Source: Mayamaea pseudoterrestris (Eukaryota). Taken from it: a DNA stretch of 64,000 bases. Below are positions 44,304-55,330 of the stretch, piece after piece. The stretch spans positions 62,001-126,000 of the forward strand of contig BROI01000004.1 in NCBI GenBank assembly GCA_027923505.1, written 5' to 3'. Under the pieces are notes generated by a model. It was not told the DNA's origin, did no database searches, and worked only from the letters and a program-made list of their open reading frames with translations. A program made the translations under genes and the position numbers. The first letter of the stretch is position 1. The number at the start of each line of letters is the position of its first letter.

Positions 44304-44590
44304 TATGGTATGTGTGTGCGTGTATGAAGGGAGGGTGTAATACGAAAGTTGTGAGAATGGTTGGATGATGGGTCAACTGCTGCTGCGATGAGTTGGAACG
44401 CGTTGCGCAAGCAACGTCATGCGATGGGCGATGAATCATGGGCTGAGTCACACCAAGCACGGATGAAAAGACATCCAAGTGGTACAAGTTTGTCACACTG
44501 CGACATTTACGTGCGCTCATCCGTCGATTACCATCATGAACGAAAGGCTGCAGGCTGCAGCAAAGCAAAACCTCGATGCCCTTTACAAAC

Positions 44591-45286
44591 ATGAGATTTT
44601 TACAAGCGAGACGTGTTCCGATTCATATCCAAGTGAATCTTCGCTACGCGTCTACCAGGAGCGTTGCTGCAACAAACTCTTCCGACGATGACGAATCATG
44701 GCGTCAGCTACTCGACGACGCGTCCACTTTGAGTCGCTCACTCTATCGTCGATGCTTTCGAAGCATTAGATACATTCGTCACGGGAATATTCACGATGAG
44801 GAAGAATTCAAGAAACGAGAAAATGAACGACTACAAAAGTTTGACGACCGATCCGACCCTCGACTAAGCATGCTGAGCATGCTTCCACCCGTCAATCGAT
44901 CCGACGAACTGCGATCGCGAGCGGAATACTATCAGCAATATACGCGCGAAAACTTTGTGCAAGAATCTGACTGCTTGGATCACAAGCCATTGCGGCAGGG
45001 GCATTTAGATCGCTTTGTACACTTGTTGCGGCGGGGAGATGACCATCGGAAGTGGCTGCTCCGAGACATGAAATTTGATGATCCATATCCTGTCGAAGAA
45101 CTGGCGATTACATCCAATCGGATTAATGAATTGGAAGAAAGGGCGAAAGCCTTGATATTAAAGAGTGAGGGAGTTACTGCTTCGAGCCAAGAGGACGACG
45201 ACGACCACGACGCTTTTTGGGAGGACGACGATGATGAGCACGAGACACAAGGTCTTCCAGATTGGTACAGAAACCCACAACGGTAG
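44591..45286 (+). CDS. Probable mitochondrial protein with an LYR-like motif, function unknown
   Basis: Arg-rich N-terminus without acidic residues (MRFLQARRVPIHIQVNLRYASTRS), SLYRRCFRSIR motif, acidic tail. Confidence 0.6.
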   Translation: MRFLQARRVPIHIQVNLRYASTRSVAATNSSDDDESWRQLLDDASTLSRSLYRRCFRSIRYIRHGNIHDEEEFKKRENERLQKFDDRSDPRLSMLSMLPPVNRSDELRSRAEYYQQYTRENFVQESDCLDHKPLRQGHLDRFVHLLRRGDDHRKWLLRDMKFDDPYPVEELAITSNRINELEERAKALILKSEGVTASSQEDDDDHDAFWEDDDDEHETQGLPDWYRNPQR

Positions 45287-45692
45287 CGACGAATTCAAGC
45301 TGCAGAATAGGATACATCATTTGCGGGGATTGGTGCTTTTCTGCGATGCTATAGTTGCGTTACTCGTGATGCTGGCGCGACGGCACAGTCTTCGCGCTTC
45401 AGTCTCACAAGAATGCAGAGCAATCAACTCGACTTTCAACGCCTTCCAGTAGTAGTCTGCTTTCATTAAAGAATGCGCAAACATTGCTATTGTCATTATG
45501 TATCATGCGTCATGGTACAGACTGCATCGTTGCATACAATAATTTTGTACGACTAAATGGTATCTTTTAGAAATAGTGCGACACGATTCGTGACCATTTC
45601 GCTGACTCGAGAACTTTCGCAGAAGTCCATGGACTCCCAACGCTGAGATACACTCGTCACGGAACGCCTCTCTTCTCTCCAAAAGTCGTTGG

Positions 45693-47327
45693 ATGAGAAG
45701 CAATCTCACTTGTTGCGTTATCTGGAGCATCATACAGCTTTCAAGACTTTCCGCTTTCACACCACAATTGCCACACCGACCAAGTCCATTGCGCGTCACT
45801 CAAGCACTCACCATGACAACCTTAACCAAGTCCAACGAACCCTTGGTTTCTCCAGTTCTTACGGAGAAGAGAGAGATTCGAACTGTATCCACCACTGCGT
45901 TCATTGCCATCTTGCTGGCGGCTCCAGTCTTTGCCGTTACCGTCCTGCCATTGTCGCTCTTCTACCAAGTCGTCAAGATGCTCTTGTCTCCATTTCGACA
46001 CAAGCAGGAACTACCGAAACTTGACTCTGGTTACGAAGTCAATGCTTCTCAAATCGTTCCAAAGGACCAGCGCAAGTATGACATTGTTTTATTGGGTGCC
46101 ACTGGTTTCGTGGGTCGCCTCGCCGTCCGCCACTTGGCGCAAAAGTATGGATGCGATGGAACCAAGGTTCGCTGGGCCATTGCGGGTCGATCGCAGGCCA
46201 AGTTGAACAAGTTAAAGGAAAAACTTGCCAAGGAGCTTGGCATGGAAGGTTTAAAGCAGATTGATTGCATCATTGTTGATACGTCTGTTCCAACTACCAT
46301 GCCGGCGCTTGTGGAGCAAACGAGGGTGGTTGCAACAACGGCTGGTCCATATGCCTTGTATGGATCGTCCGTGGTTGAGTTTTGTGCAAAGTTTGGTACA
46401 AACTATGTTGACATCACTGGCGAGATTGGTTGGGTCAAGGCCATGGCAGCACTCTGGAACGCGACAGCCCGCGAAACGGGTGCCAAGCTCATTTCGTTTT
46501 GTGGCCACGACTCGATTCCGTGGGACCTTTCGGTCATGAAACTGCAATCCATTTTGAAGAAGGAGTGCAACGACAATTTGGTTTCAGCGTCGTTTTGGGA
46601 TCAAGCGATTGGCGGATTGCCTGGTGGAACGTTTGCCACAGCCTTGCACAGCATCGATGGGGTGCCTGTCAAGCATGTGAGCGGCGGTGTTGACCCGTTT
46701 TTGCGCTCGCCGAACGGTAGCAAGAGTGAGTATGTTGCCACACCAAAACTTCCAGTCATGATTGCCAAGGCAAAGACTCCCTGGGATGGTCCAAACTCGA
46801 AGCGATGGACCATGCCATTCATCATGGCGCCGATCAACGCGCAGGTTGTCCAGTGGAGCCACGCGCTTCGTCAAGAAGGCAGCAAGACACTTTTATACAC
46901 GGAGTCCTACCTCATGCCCGATTTCAAGTCTGCCTTTGTCAGTTTCGTGGGACTCATCTTGTTCGGAATGTCCTTGTTCAATCCCTTGACAAAGTATTTT
47001 GCGCGCAAGGCCATGCCTGCTCCAGGCGAAGGACCACCCATGGAAGCCATGGAGAAGAAGCACTATTTATGCGTGTACGGAGAGGGAATTGGTGAAAAGG
47101 GCAATCGCGTCGAATCAATCTTTTACTTGCCGCAGGATGCTGGCTGCTTGGAAACGTCGCGCATGTTGATCGAGTCTGGCTTGTGTATGGCGCTGCAGGA
47201 GAAGGAGCTTTTAGTTAAGGAAGGAGGCTTTTGGACACCTTCCACTGCGTTGGGTGAGGTTTTGGACAAGCGCCTGCAGGATATTGGCATGCAGTGGTCG
47301 GCGCGTGTGGTGCCAATTAACAAGTAA
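45693..47327 (+). CDS. Saccharopine dehydrogenase-like oxidoreductase (SCCPDH family), with a putative plastid presequence
   Basis: DIVLLGATGFVG, WAIAGRS, TAGPYALYG, YVDITGE, CGHDSIPWD; LSA-FTP N-terminal motif. Confidence 0.9.
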   Translation: MRSNLTCCVIWSIIQLSRLSAFTPQLPHRPSPLRVTQALTMTTLTKSNEPLVSPVLTEKREIRTVSTTAFIAILLAAPVFAVTVLPLSLFYQVVKMLLSPFRHKQELPKLDSGYEVNASQIVPKDQRKYDIVLLGATGFVGRLAVRHLAQKYGCDGTKVRWAIAGRSQAKLNKLKEKLAKELGMEGLKQIDCIIVDTSVPTTMPALVEQTRVVATTAGPYALYGSSVVEFCAKFGTNYVDITGEIGWVKAMAALWNATARETGAKLISFCGHDSIPWDLSVMKLQSILKKECNDNLVSASFWDQAIGGLPGGTFATALHSIDGVPVKHVSGGVDPFLRSPNGSKSEYVATPKLPVMIAKAKTPWDGPNSKRWTMPFIMAPINAQVVQWSHALRQEGSKTLLYTESYLMPDFKSAFVSFVGLILFGMSLFNPLTKYFARKAMPAPGEGPPMEAMEKKHYLCVYGEGIGEKGNRVESIFYLPQDAGCLETSRMLIESGLCMALQEKELLVKEGGFWTPSTALGEVLDKRLQDIGMQWSARVVPINK

Positions 47328-47457
47328 AAACCTTTTCTGTATGATTATCACAATGTGGCGAGCTTACTGGTCGATATTAAATTCGATGATATTACGTAAT
47401 AACTTATATGACTTTTATATATGAGCATGTTTATATATTTACGGGTAGATCATGGGA

Positions 47458-48303
47458 TTACAACCCCGCTGCCTCGGCAGCTTCCAGATCAATCATCCAC
47501 GTCAACGATACACCTTCTCCCTGGGGCCGCACCATGGCCACCGGAAACGGCGCCGGCTCGGCCATGGAGACCGTATGACGCTCGTATATGTCTTTCGTCT
47601 CTTTTGGAACAGTCTTGGTCCTATCGACGGTAAACGCTTTGGAAACGATGGAACCCTTGGACTCGCCAGCGCCGCAGACAATCACGTGACGCGTATGGTC
47701 GTTCAAAACGGGCAGGGTCAGCGTGATGCGCTTGGGAGGCGGCTTGGGCGAGTCGTCAATGGAGGCGACCCACTGCTCGTCTCCGACTTGCAGCAAGGGA
47801 TGATTGGGAAAGAGCGAGCACGTGTGTCCATCCGGGCCAAAGCCCAAGACGGCCAAGTCGAGGCGACCGTCGGAATGTGTGTCAAGTATTTTGCGAAACG
47901 TCGTTTCGTAGTCTGCCGCAATGGCCTTGGTTGAGTCTTTTTCGTTTAGCAAGTCTGTATTGATTCCATAGATTTGTTCCTTTGGAATTGCAACCTGCGA
48001 CAAGAAATTCTTTCGAATCGCCCCCATGTTGCTATCCTCGTGCTCCTCAGGAACGCATCGCTCATCCGCCAGCAAAATGTGCCACAGATGAAACTTTGGA
48101 TCCAAACCAAGTGATTTAAATGTACCAGCTAATGACGACAGAAATTCGGGCAGCGAGCCGCCCGAAAGAACCAAGCTAAAGGCTTTGCGCGAAGCAATCG
48201 CGTCGACGCAACGTTTGCAAATTTCGGCGTTCAAAACATTTGGCAGCGCGCTCTTGGAGGATGCTACAATCAGCGAGGCTTCATACTTGTTTGTAAATGA
48301 CAT
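47458..48303 (-). CDS. PGL: 6-phosphogluconolactonase
   Basis: LSGGSLP, DERCVP..H.DSN, LGFGPDGHTCSLFP, DSPKPPPKRITLT; ATG at 48303. Confidence 0.95.
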   Translation of the reverse strand: MSFTNKYEASLIVASSKSALPNVLNAEICKRCVDAIASRKAFSLVLSGGSLPEFLSSLAGTFKSLGLDPKFHLWHILLADERCVPEEHEDSNMGAIRKNFLSQVAIPKEQIYGINTDLLNEKDSTKAIAADYETTFRKILDTHSDGRLDLAVLGFGPDGHTCSLFPNHPLLQVGDEQWVASIDDSPKPPPKRITLTLPVLNDHTRHVIVCGAGESKGSIVSKAFTVDRTKTVPKETKDIYERHTVSMAEPAPFPVAMVRPQGEGVSLTWMIDLEAAEAAGL

Positions 48304-48559
48304 GGTGAAAGTTTTTGATTGATGACAACAATGGGAGCTTGGGAAAAAATGGATCTTTCTTCGCTTCCAGCAGCATGACAGTTTCGAACGAAGCCGAATC
48401 TTTAAAAGTCGCAGTGGGTTTGTAAGGGAAAGCACGGGTAATCATCTTTATCTTTAGCAGCGTAATTTTTGTGAGTTTAAACTGCATATTTAATTGAAGC
48501 AATATACCATCGTAGTCAAAGACTTTTTCTCTACTCACTTTAATTCTGTAGCCGTCTAA

Positions 48560-49890
48560 GACGCGATGTTAGCGGGCGGTGTTTCGTCGTTTTGCGCGTT
48601 TCATCGTTTCGTCGTTTGAAACAACGCGCGCCGTGGAGTTAGCGGTCGTTTCGTCGTTTCATTGATTCATGCCAAAACGTCAATCCACGTCATCATTTAT
48701 TAAGCCTATCATTTCCTGGGACTGAGAACCCACGATCAAAAGGACATGAAAAATGGTCCCGCACAAACCCCTGCATATCTTGCCTCTTGATAAAGCTATT
48801 AACATTCTGATTCAACAGGTGGCTTCTCTAAAGTGCCCGGGATTGCAATGTGAAAGAGCGATGGTTTCATTTTTCCTTGTTCCCGTGGCGTACGCCATAC
48901 AAGTTGATGAAATATGAACGCTGCGTTTGGTTGTTGAATTTGCCATCATGACATTGGTTAATAGCAACAGGTGTAAATACATAATGTTTTATAGTAACTA
49001 TTATCTACAAAAGAAGCTTATTGCATCATAGACTCATTTAAAGGGAGCCAAGAGCTCAACGTCGGCAAGACGACCACTTGCCGCCAAAACCTGAGATTCT
49101 TTTCATGGACCACGTACGCGCTATGATCCAGCAGAGGAAGAAACATATAGCTGGAATTGCCACGCATTTCACAAAGTCTTGCTTTCAATGCTGAGAGTTG
49201 ATTTCAAAGCGACGGAATGCATGATGGATGCGGAAGATGGAATGCATGCGTATTGAAGCGTCTCACACTGAATCTGACCAGTCTTGCTTGCTCTTGTCAT
49301 TGGCAAAGAGGCAAAATCAATTGGTAGGATGGTAGGAACTTATGACTTGCTTCTGCGCTGCTTGGAAGGAGGATAGTTGATGGAATGTGAGCGTGTAGAC
49401 CGTGCGACCGTGCCGACCATTGCGCGCAGGCCTCACTGGAACAACGCAAAATGCAGGCAATTGCGCTATCCTCGCACACATTTTGGTCAAGTATGTACCA
49501 ACTTGAAGGCCGATGAAGCAGTTGCATGAGCGCTGGATGGTACCAGCCTGGAGAAACGTGAGTCGTCGACGCGCTCGACAGTGCGTGGTGCTCGGTGCAT
49601 CGCGGTGTTTGGTGTCAAGGTGGATCTTTCGCCTGTCAAAGCTTTATAGAGCACCCAAACGCGCAATAAGCTCCAAACATATCTTCTGTATTGATACAAG
49701 TTGTTTCTGTTACATTTGGGCTGCGGGATCAACCTCCATTGTGGTGTATATGATGATGAAACGATGGCGCAATGAAGCAACGATGCAATGGGCGTCTCGT
49801 TGCTTGGAGCATCGAGTTTCCGGGTTCTTTGGTGTTTCATGGTGCGACGAAACGACGAAACGATGAAACACCGTCCGCTAACATCGCCCC
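48560..49890. mobile_element. Non-autonomous PIF/Harbinger-like DNA transposon, 1331 bp
   Basis: 33-bp terminal inverted repeats match at 29/33 (GACGCGATGTTAGCGGGCGGTGTTTCGTCGTTT vs GGGGCGATGTTAGCGGACGGTGTTTCATCGTTT). TAA flanks both sides (48557-48559, 49891-49893); subterminal GTTTCRTC repeats; no intact ORF inside. Confidence 0.85.
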
Positions 49891-50190
49891 TAAAAGTTCG
49901 ATCCTTTTGCAGGCGGATAGCTAAATTGAACGTGGATCTTTCAAGGTTGACGCACGTTCCGTGACAAAAGCGCGACGATCGACCAAATTCTTCGGCGCCA
50001 GTCACCATGGCAGTCGAATAGCTGAGAGCACTTGACGTTTTTTAAGATTTACGAAACTCATCCAGACATCCTGGAATTACCGACTCTAGTGCTACAGGAA
50101 CTCAACAAAAGCAAATTTGAAAGGCAAAATTAAAGCGGCACCATCTTGACAATTTCATATTTCATCACACAGCGACTCCCTCCTTTCACC

Positions 50191-52731
50191 ATGTCAACAG
50201 CAGCAGCAGCAACAACACCAGCCGACGACGAACAGCACAAGCCGTCCCATGTCATTGCCAAGACGTATTCCGCGCTCGGCAAGGCGAGCATGACGTTTGA
50301 CGAATTCAAAGTGGCGCACGCCGCCTCCGTCAAGGACCCCGTTTCGTTCTGGGCCAAGCAAGCCACGGAGCGACTCGACTGGTACGTTCCCTTTACCAAG
50401 ACACTCTCGGGTGACTTTTCTGGCGACGTGTCGTGGTTTGAGGGAGGTAAACTGAACGTTTGCTACAATTGCATTGATCGGCACGTACTGGCGGGTAAGG
50501 GAGACCAAGTGGCCATGGTGTGGGAGGGAGACGAGCCTACAAACGTCGTCAAATTAACCTATTTGGAAGTTCAACGCAAGGTTTCGCAGATTGCAAATGC
50601 ACTAAAATCGCAGGGAGTGAAAAAGGGAGATGTTGTTACCATTTACATGCCCATGGTACGTTCGTGTAAGGGTAATTTACGAGAGGGAAGTGTGACAGCG
50701 ACTCCGTAATACTCACTCAAATAACACTTTATTATTCCTCGCCCATTAACACACAGATCCCCGAACTCCCCATGACAATGCTTGCCTGCGCCCGCATTGG
50801 TAGTCCACATTCCGTCGTGTTTGCCGGATTCTCCGCCGAGGCGCTGAGCCAGCGCGTTTGCGCCGCCAACAGCAAGTACTTGGTGACGGCGGACGTGGGC
50901 ATGCGTGCCGGCAAGTCGATTGCGCTCAAGGAGATTGTCAATGAAGCGCGGACGCACAATCATTGTGAACAAGTATTGGAAAAGGTCTTGGTGTTTGAGC
51001 ATTCGTACGACAAGACGATGGAAGCTGCGCCATATGACATGAAGCCAAAGGATGTTCGCATGGATGTGCTTGTTGCTGGCCAGCGGCCGTGCTGTCCGCC
51101 AGAGTGGGTTGACGCGGAGGATATTCTGTTCTTGCTTTACACATCTGGTATGTGGAGTCAAGCAGGAAGTGATTGACTGCTTTCGAACATACATCGCTGA
51201 CTCACGACGTCGCTTCATATTTTCAGGTTCCACTGGTACACCCAAGGGACTAGTCCACACAAGTGGTGGATACGCATTGTTCGCTGCATTCACCACGCAG
51301 ACTAGCTTTGCCTTGGAGGAAGGAGATCTCTTTGCGTGTGTGGCGGACTGCGGATGGGTAAGTCAGATTCTGTTTTTAGGTGGAGTGTGCGGGGACAGCA
51401 GCCCTGCTTGATCACTTGGAAAGACTCAACAGTTAACTTCATTCTGCAGGTAACTGGTCATTCGTATGTCGTGTATGGACCGCTTTTGAATGGTTCCACA
51501 ACGTTCCTCTTTGAGAGTACACCTGTTTATCCAGATCCTGGAAGATACTGGGATATGATTCAGCGCCACAAGATTACTCAGTTCTACACTGCCCCAACTG
51601 CAATTCGCTTACTGATGCGCTATGGCGACGAGTACCCTGCAAAGTACGATACGTCGTCGCTGAAGGTCTTGGGTTCTGTCGGCGAGGTATGTTACCAACC
51701 TTACAAGCTCTGCAAATAATTTCTATATGCTCGTAACCGCACTCATATGTATTTCTTTTTTTCATTCAGCCAATCAATCCAGAGGCTTGGCGCTGGTACT
51801 ACGAAGTTGTCGGTAAGAGCAAGTGCACAGTTGTCGACACGTACTGGCAGACGGAGACTGGCGGACACATTGTTACAAATCTGCCAGGCATTACACCCAT
51901 GAAGCCTGGTTCCTGCACACTACCTATGTTTGGGATTGAGCCTGTTGTCTTGGATCCACTCACTGGGCATCCATCGGAAGATGTTGATGAACATGGCAAC
52001 ACCAAAGGTGTGATGGCCATTGCGAAGCCTTGGCCGGGTATTGCTCGGACCTGCCTCGGCGATCATGGACGCTACATGAAGACGTATCTTGATGTATATC
52101 CAGGATATTATTTCACGGGCGACTCGGTGTTGCGCGACGCAGATGGGTTTCATTTTATCATAGGCCGTGGTACGTACCAGCAGCATCTTTTTTGTTGTCG
52201 CTTTGACAAGACGGTGTTATCAGCTAATGATATCTGCTTCCCGATCAGTCGACGACGTAATTAACGTCTCAGGTCATCGAATTGGCACGGCAGAAGTAGA
52301 GAGCGCTCTCGTGCTGCACGACGATGTTGCACAAGCGGCTGTTGTCGGAAAGCATCATGATATCAAGGGCCAAGCAATTGCGGCATTCGTCATGCTTGTC
52401 GAAGGAAAGGAAGAAACGCCTGAACTGTTAAAGGAGTTGAACCTTTATGTCTGCCGCGAAATTGTAAGTTAGTTGAATTCTTTTGTGCTGCTCTGCGTGT
52501 TGTGTGCTGTTCCTTACGGTTGCTTTTTCCATGTTGCAGGGTAAATTCGCAGCACCCGATCTCATTATTGTTGCTCCAAGCTTGCCTATGACTCGTTCCG
52601 GAAAAATCATGCGTAGAATTCTGCGCAAAATAGTTTGTGGCGAAGCCGATCAGCTTGGCGACATTTCCACCCTTGCTGATCCGGGCATTGTGGCATGGAC
52701 TCTTGAAAAATGGAGCACGATTCCGAACTAA
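50191..52731 (+). CDS. ACS: Acetyl-CoA synthetase (AMP-forming). Exons 50191-50655, 50757-51147, 51227-51357, 51450-51686, 51770-52169, 52249-52463, 52540-52731
   Basis: [74 protein letters not shown]; six GT..AG introns. Confidence 0.97.
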
Positions 52732-52843
52732 ATGAAAATAAATAAGTACACAACCTGCAGATTATCAAATTATGTAGCTAAATTCAATAATGTCAGCTAA
52801 GACTCACATAAATTGCACACTTGCCAAGAATACGAAACTCAAA

Positions 52844-55064
52844 TCAGACTGCGACTACCAAAGTATCTGATGTTGACTTGCTTTCTCGCTTGCTCTTGCG
52901 ATCCTTCTTCTTGCCGCCTTCACTTTTACGCCGCTTCTTCTCTGCTTTTATAGCAAGTGAACTACTGTCTTTGTTTCGCGCGGAGCGTTTTGGTGTTTCG
53001 GGAGCAGTCGTTTGCGCCTTTCCTTTGCCGCCTCGCATGGGCGATGCGGGCATGGCCTTCTTCGTAGCAGCTTTCGGAGTCTTTTTGTCTTCATCGTCGG
53101 TGTCATCATCACTCACAGAAGAGCTGTCATCGCTCTTGTCAGGCTTTTTCGCCGCGACGGTAGACTTGGACATGGCCTTCTTGGTGGTGACAGTAGGAGC
53201 TGAATTGCCGTCTTCATCCGTATCGTCGTCACTAGCTGTCAATCTGCTGGCATTCTTGTCGACTGCTTTTAATGTAGGCTTTACATCCTTTACCGATTCG
53301 CTGTCAGTCGAAGACGACTCTGAATCACTGTCCTCGCCCACCGTGTTAGCCTTGCTGTTTTTACTTGAGACGGAACCATCCTCATCAGCAGTCTTTCCCT
53401 TCTTTGCTGGTGACTTGGCAGTCTTTTGATTCGCGGCCGAGACTTTCGTTCCCTTGGCCTTTGCTGACGTTATTTTACTACTATCTCCTTTCTTCTCCGT
53501 TGCTTTGGCAGTTGGCTTGACAGAGTCTCCATCCGCTTCTGCCTTGGAATTGGCAAAGGCCATTTTGTCATCCTCGTACTTGTCCTTGGCATCCTTGGCA
53601 GCAGCGTTGTACTTTTGCTTTTCCTCCGTCGACAGCTTCCCCCATGCTTCCGAAACTATCTTTGTCAGCTCGCCAAACGACTTTTCCGGATGACTATTTT
53701 TCAAACCAGGCCGCGTTTCATTACAAAATGCAATGTATGCGGTCATTGGCTTTTTCGGAGCGTCTGGGTCCTTCTTTTGTTTCTTTTTCTTCGGCTTGTC
53801 CTGTTCGTCATCCGAAGCGTTACTGCTCGGAACATAGGTCTCCATTTCGGCACGGTAGCGCTCATGGTCCTTGTCTGACATTTGTTGGTACTTTTTCTTG
53901 TCCTCATCGGAAAGCTCCTTCCACGCCATGGCAACTTGTTTCGTCTGCATTGAAAAACGCCAGCGAGTGAAAAGACTTTTTTCAAAAACGTTATAAAGCG
54001 TAAACACACTAAATGATTTCACTTACATGAAACTGCGCACTCTCATCCGGCTGCTCGCGTCGACTTTCCGCCATTTTTTCGCCAAAGAAGCAATTGTAGG
54101 CACTCTGCGGCCCCTTTGGCAGCTTTGGATCCTTTTTCTTCTTGCCATTCTTTGGCAGTACAATGTCATTGGCGACTGGCTCCTCCAACGTGCCAGCGTC
54201 GGGTGTCGAAGTTGCGGAATCGACAGCGTCCTTTGTCTTCGTGCTTGCTGCCTTGTCCTGTTTCTTTGTTTCCTTGTTTGGCTCGTTTTGCTTTGATTCA
54301 GCTTCACCTTCTTCCTCGGCCTTTGTCTCGGTTGCAGCCTTTTGCCTTTTCTTTTTTGTTGCGGTATTGGATTGCGAAGCTGCAGCAGCAGCAGCAGCAG
54401 CAGCCCGCTTGTTGGATGCTGCTGCTGCTGGATGCATTTCCTCCTCCTGCTCCAACGCTTCCGTCAAAGTTGCATAGTTCACGGAGCGATCCACGTGAAA
54501 CGTAGTATCATCATTCTTGCACCAAAGATGCGTCGTGCAAGTACTTGACGAAATCGCGTCGCGTCCAATGACGCCAGTGTCTTCCGTCATGATGAAAATG
54601 CGCGTCGCATGCTCGGATCCGTTCTGATCAATGGCCACCAGCACATGCTCCCACACGGAATCCTGTAGACTGCAAGTGACTCCTCGCTCCTGTAAGTCAT
54701 CGTCATGTTTTCCAATCTTGACGGACACGGTCAATTGCGGCACTTGTGCGGGAATTTTCGTCTTACAGTCGCCGAGCAGCACCAGCATGTGACGCATGCC
54801 GCCAAAGTCCAGCAGGCAGCAGCCACTGCCGCGCGGCACGGCCCGCCGCGCCATGCGCAGTAAAAAGTATGGCGTGTACTGCAGCGTCTGGAGTAGCCAG
54901 TCGGAGATGGAAACGAGGCGATTGTTTTGTTGCGTCTTGTGGATCGTCGTGTTGATGACGCGTAACGTGTTGGTGCCTGGATAGTGTTCGTCGGGAGCGA
55001 GCTGCGCGCCAACGAGAAAAAAGTCTCGGCCAAGAGTCTTGTGAGGAGGAGGTTCAGTTGTCAT
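52844..55064 (-). CDS. Two-HMG-box protein with an unknown N-terminal domain and a long Lys/Asp/Ser-rich tail. Exons 55064-54027, 53944-52844
   Basis: KDPKLPKGPQSAYNCFF...VAMAWKELSDEDKKKY and KDPDAPKKPMTAYIAFC...W; intron 54026-53945; (GCA)7 at 54382-54402. Confidence 0.88.
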
Positions 55065-55330
55065 GGTATATGATGACAATGATGGATTAAATACAAGTAC
55101 TGTAGCAATGGATCTATACAAGGGGTTTTGACGCTGCAGCTGCTTCGCTCGTTTGTGGAGTGGCGGTGCTTGTGAAAGATTCGTTTCCAAGTGTCCTACC
55201 GGTACAGACATTATTTACGTTGCGTCAGCGAAAACAGCTGCGAACGACTCGCTTGATCGCTTGATCGGCAGCCTCATCGCGCAAACACCGTCCATCATTT
55301 TTGTGCTCCCTTGTATACATCATCGCTATC

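Noticed and set aside
49297..50008. ORFs inside or overlapping the transposon as a transposase
   Set aside because: No DDE or Myb/SANT-like motif is recognisable, and the ORFs are short.
52821..53429. 202-aa hydrophobic plus-strand ORF
   Set aside because: Antisense shadow of the Lys-rich HMG protein tail.
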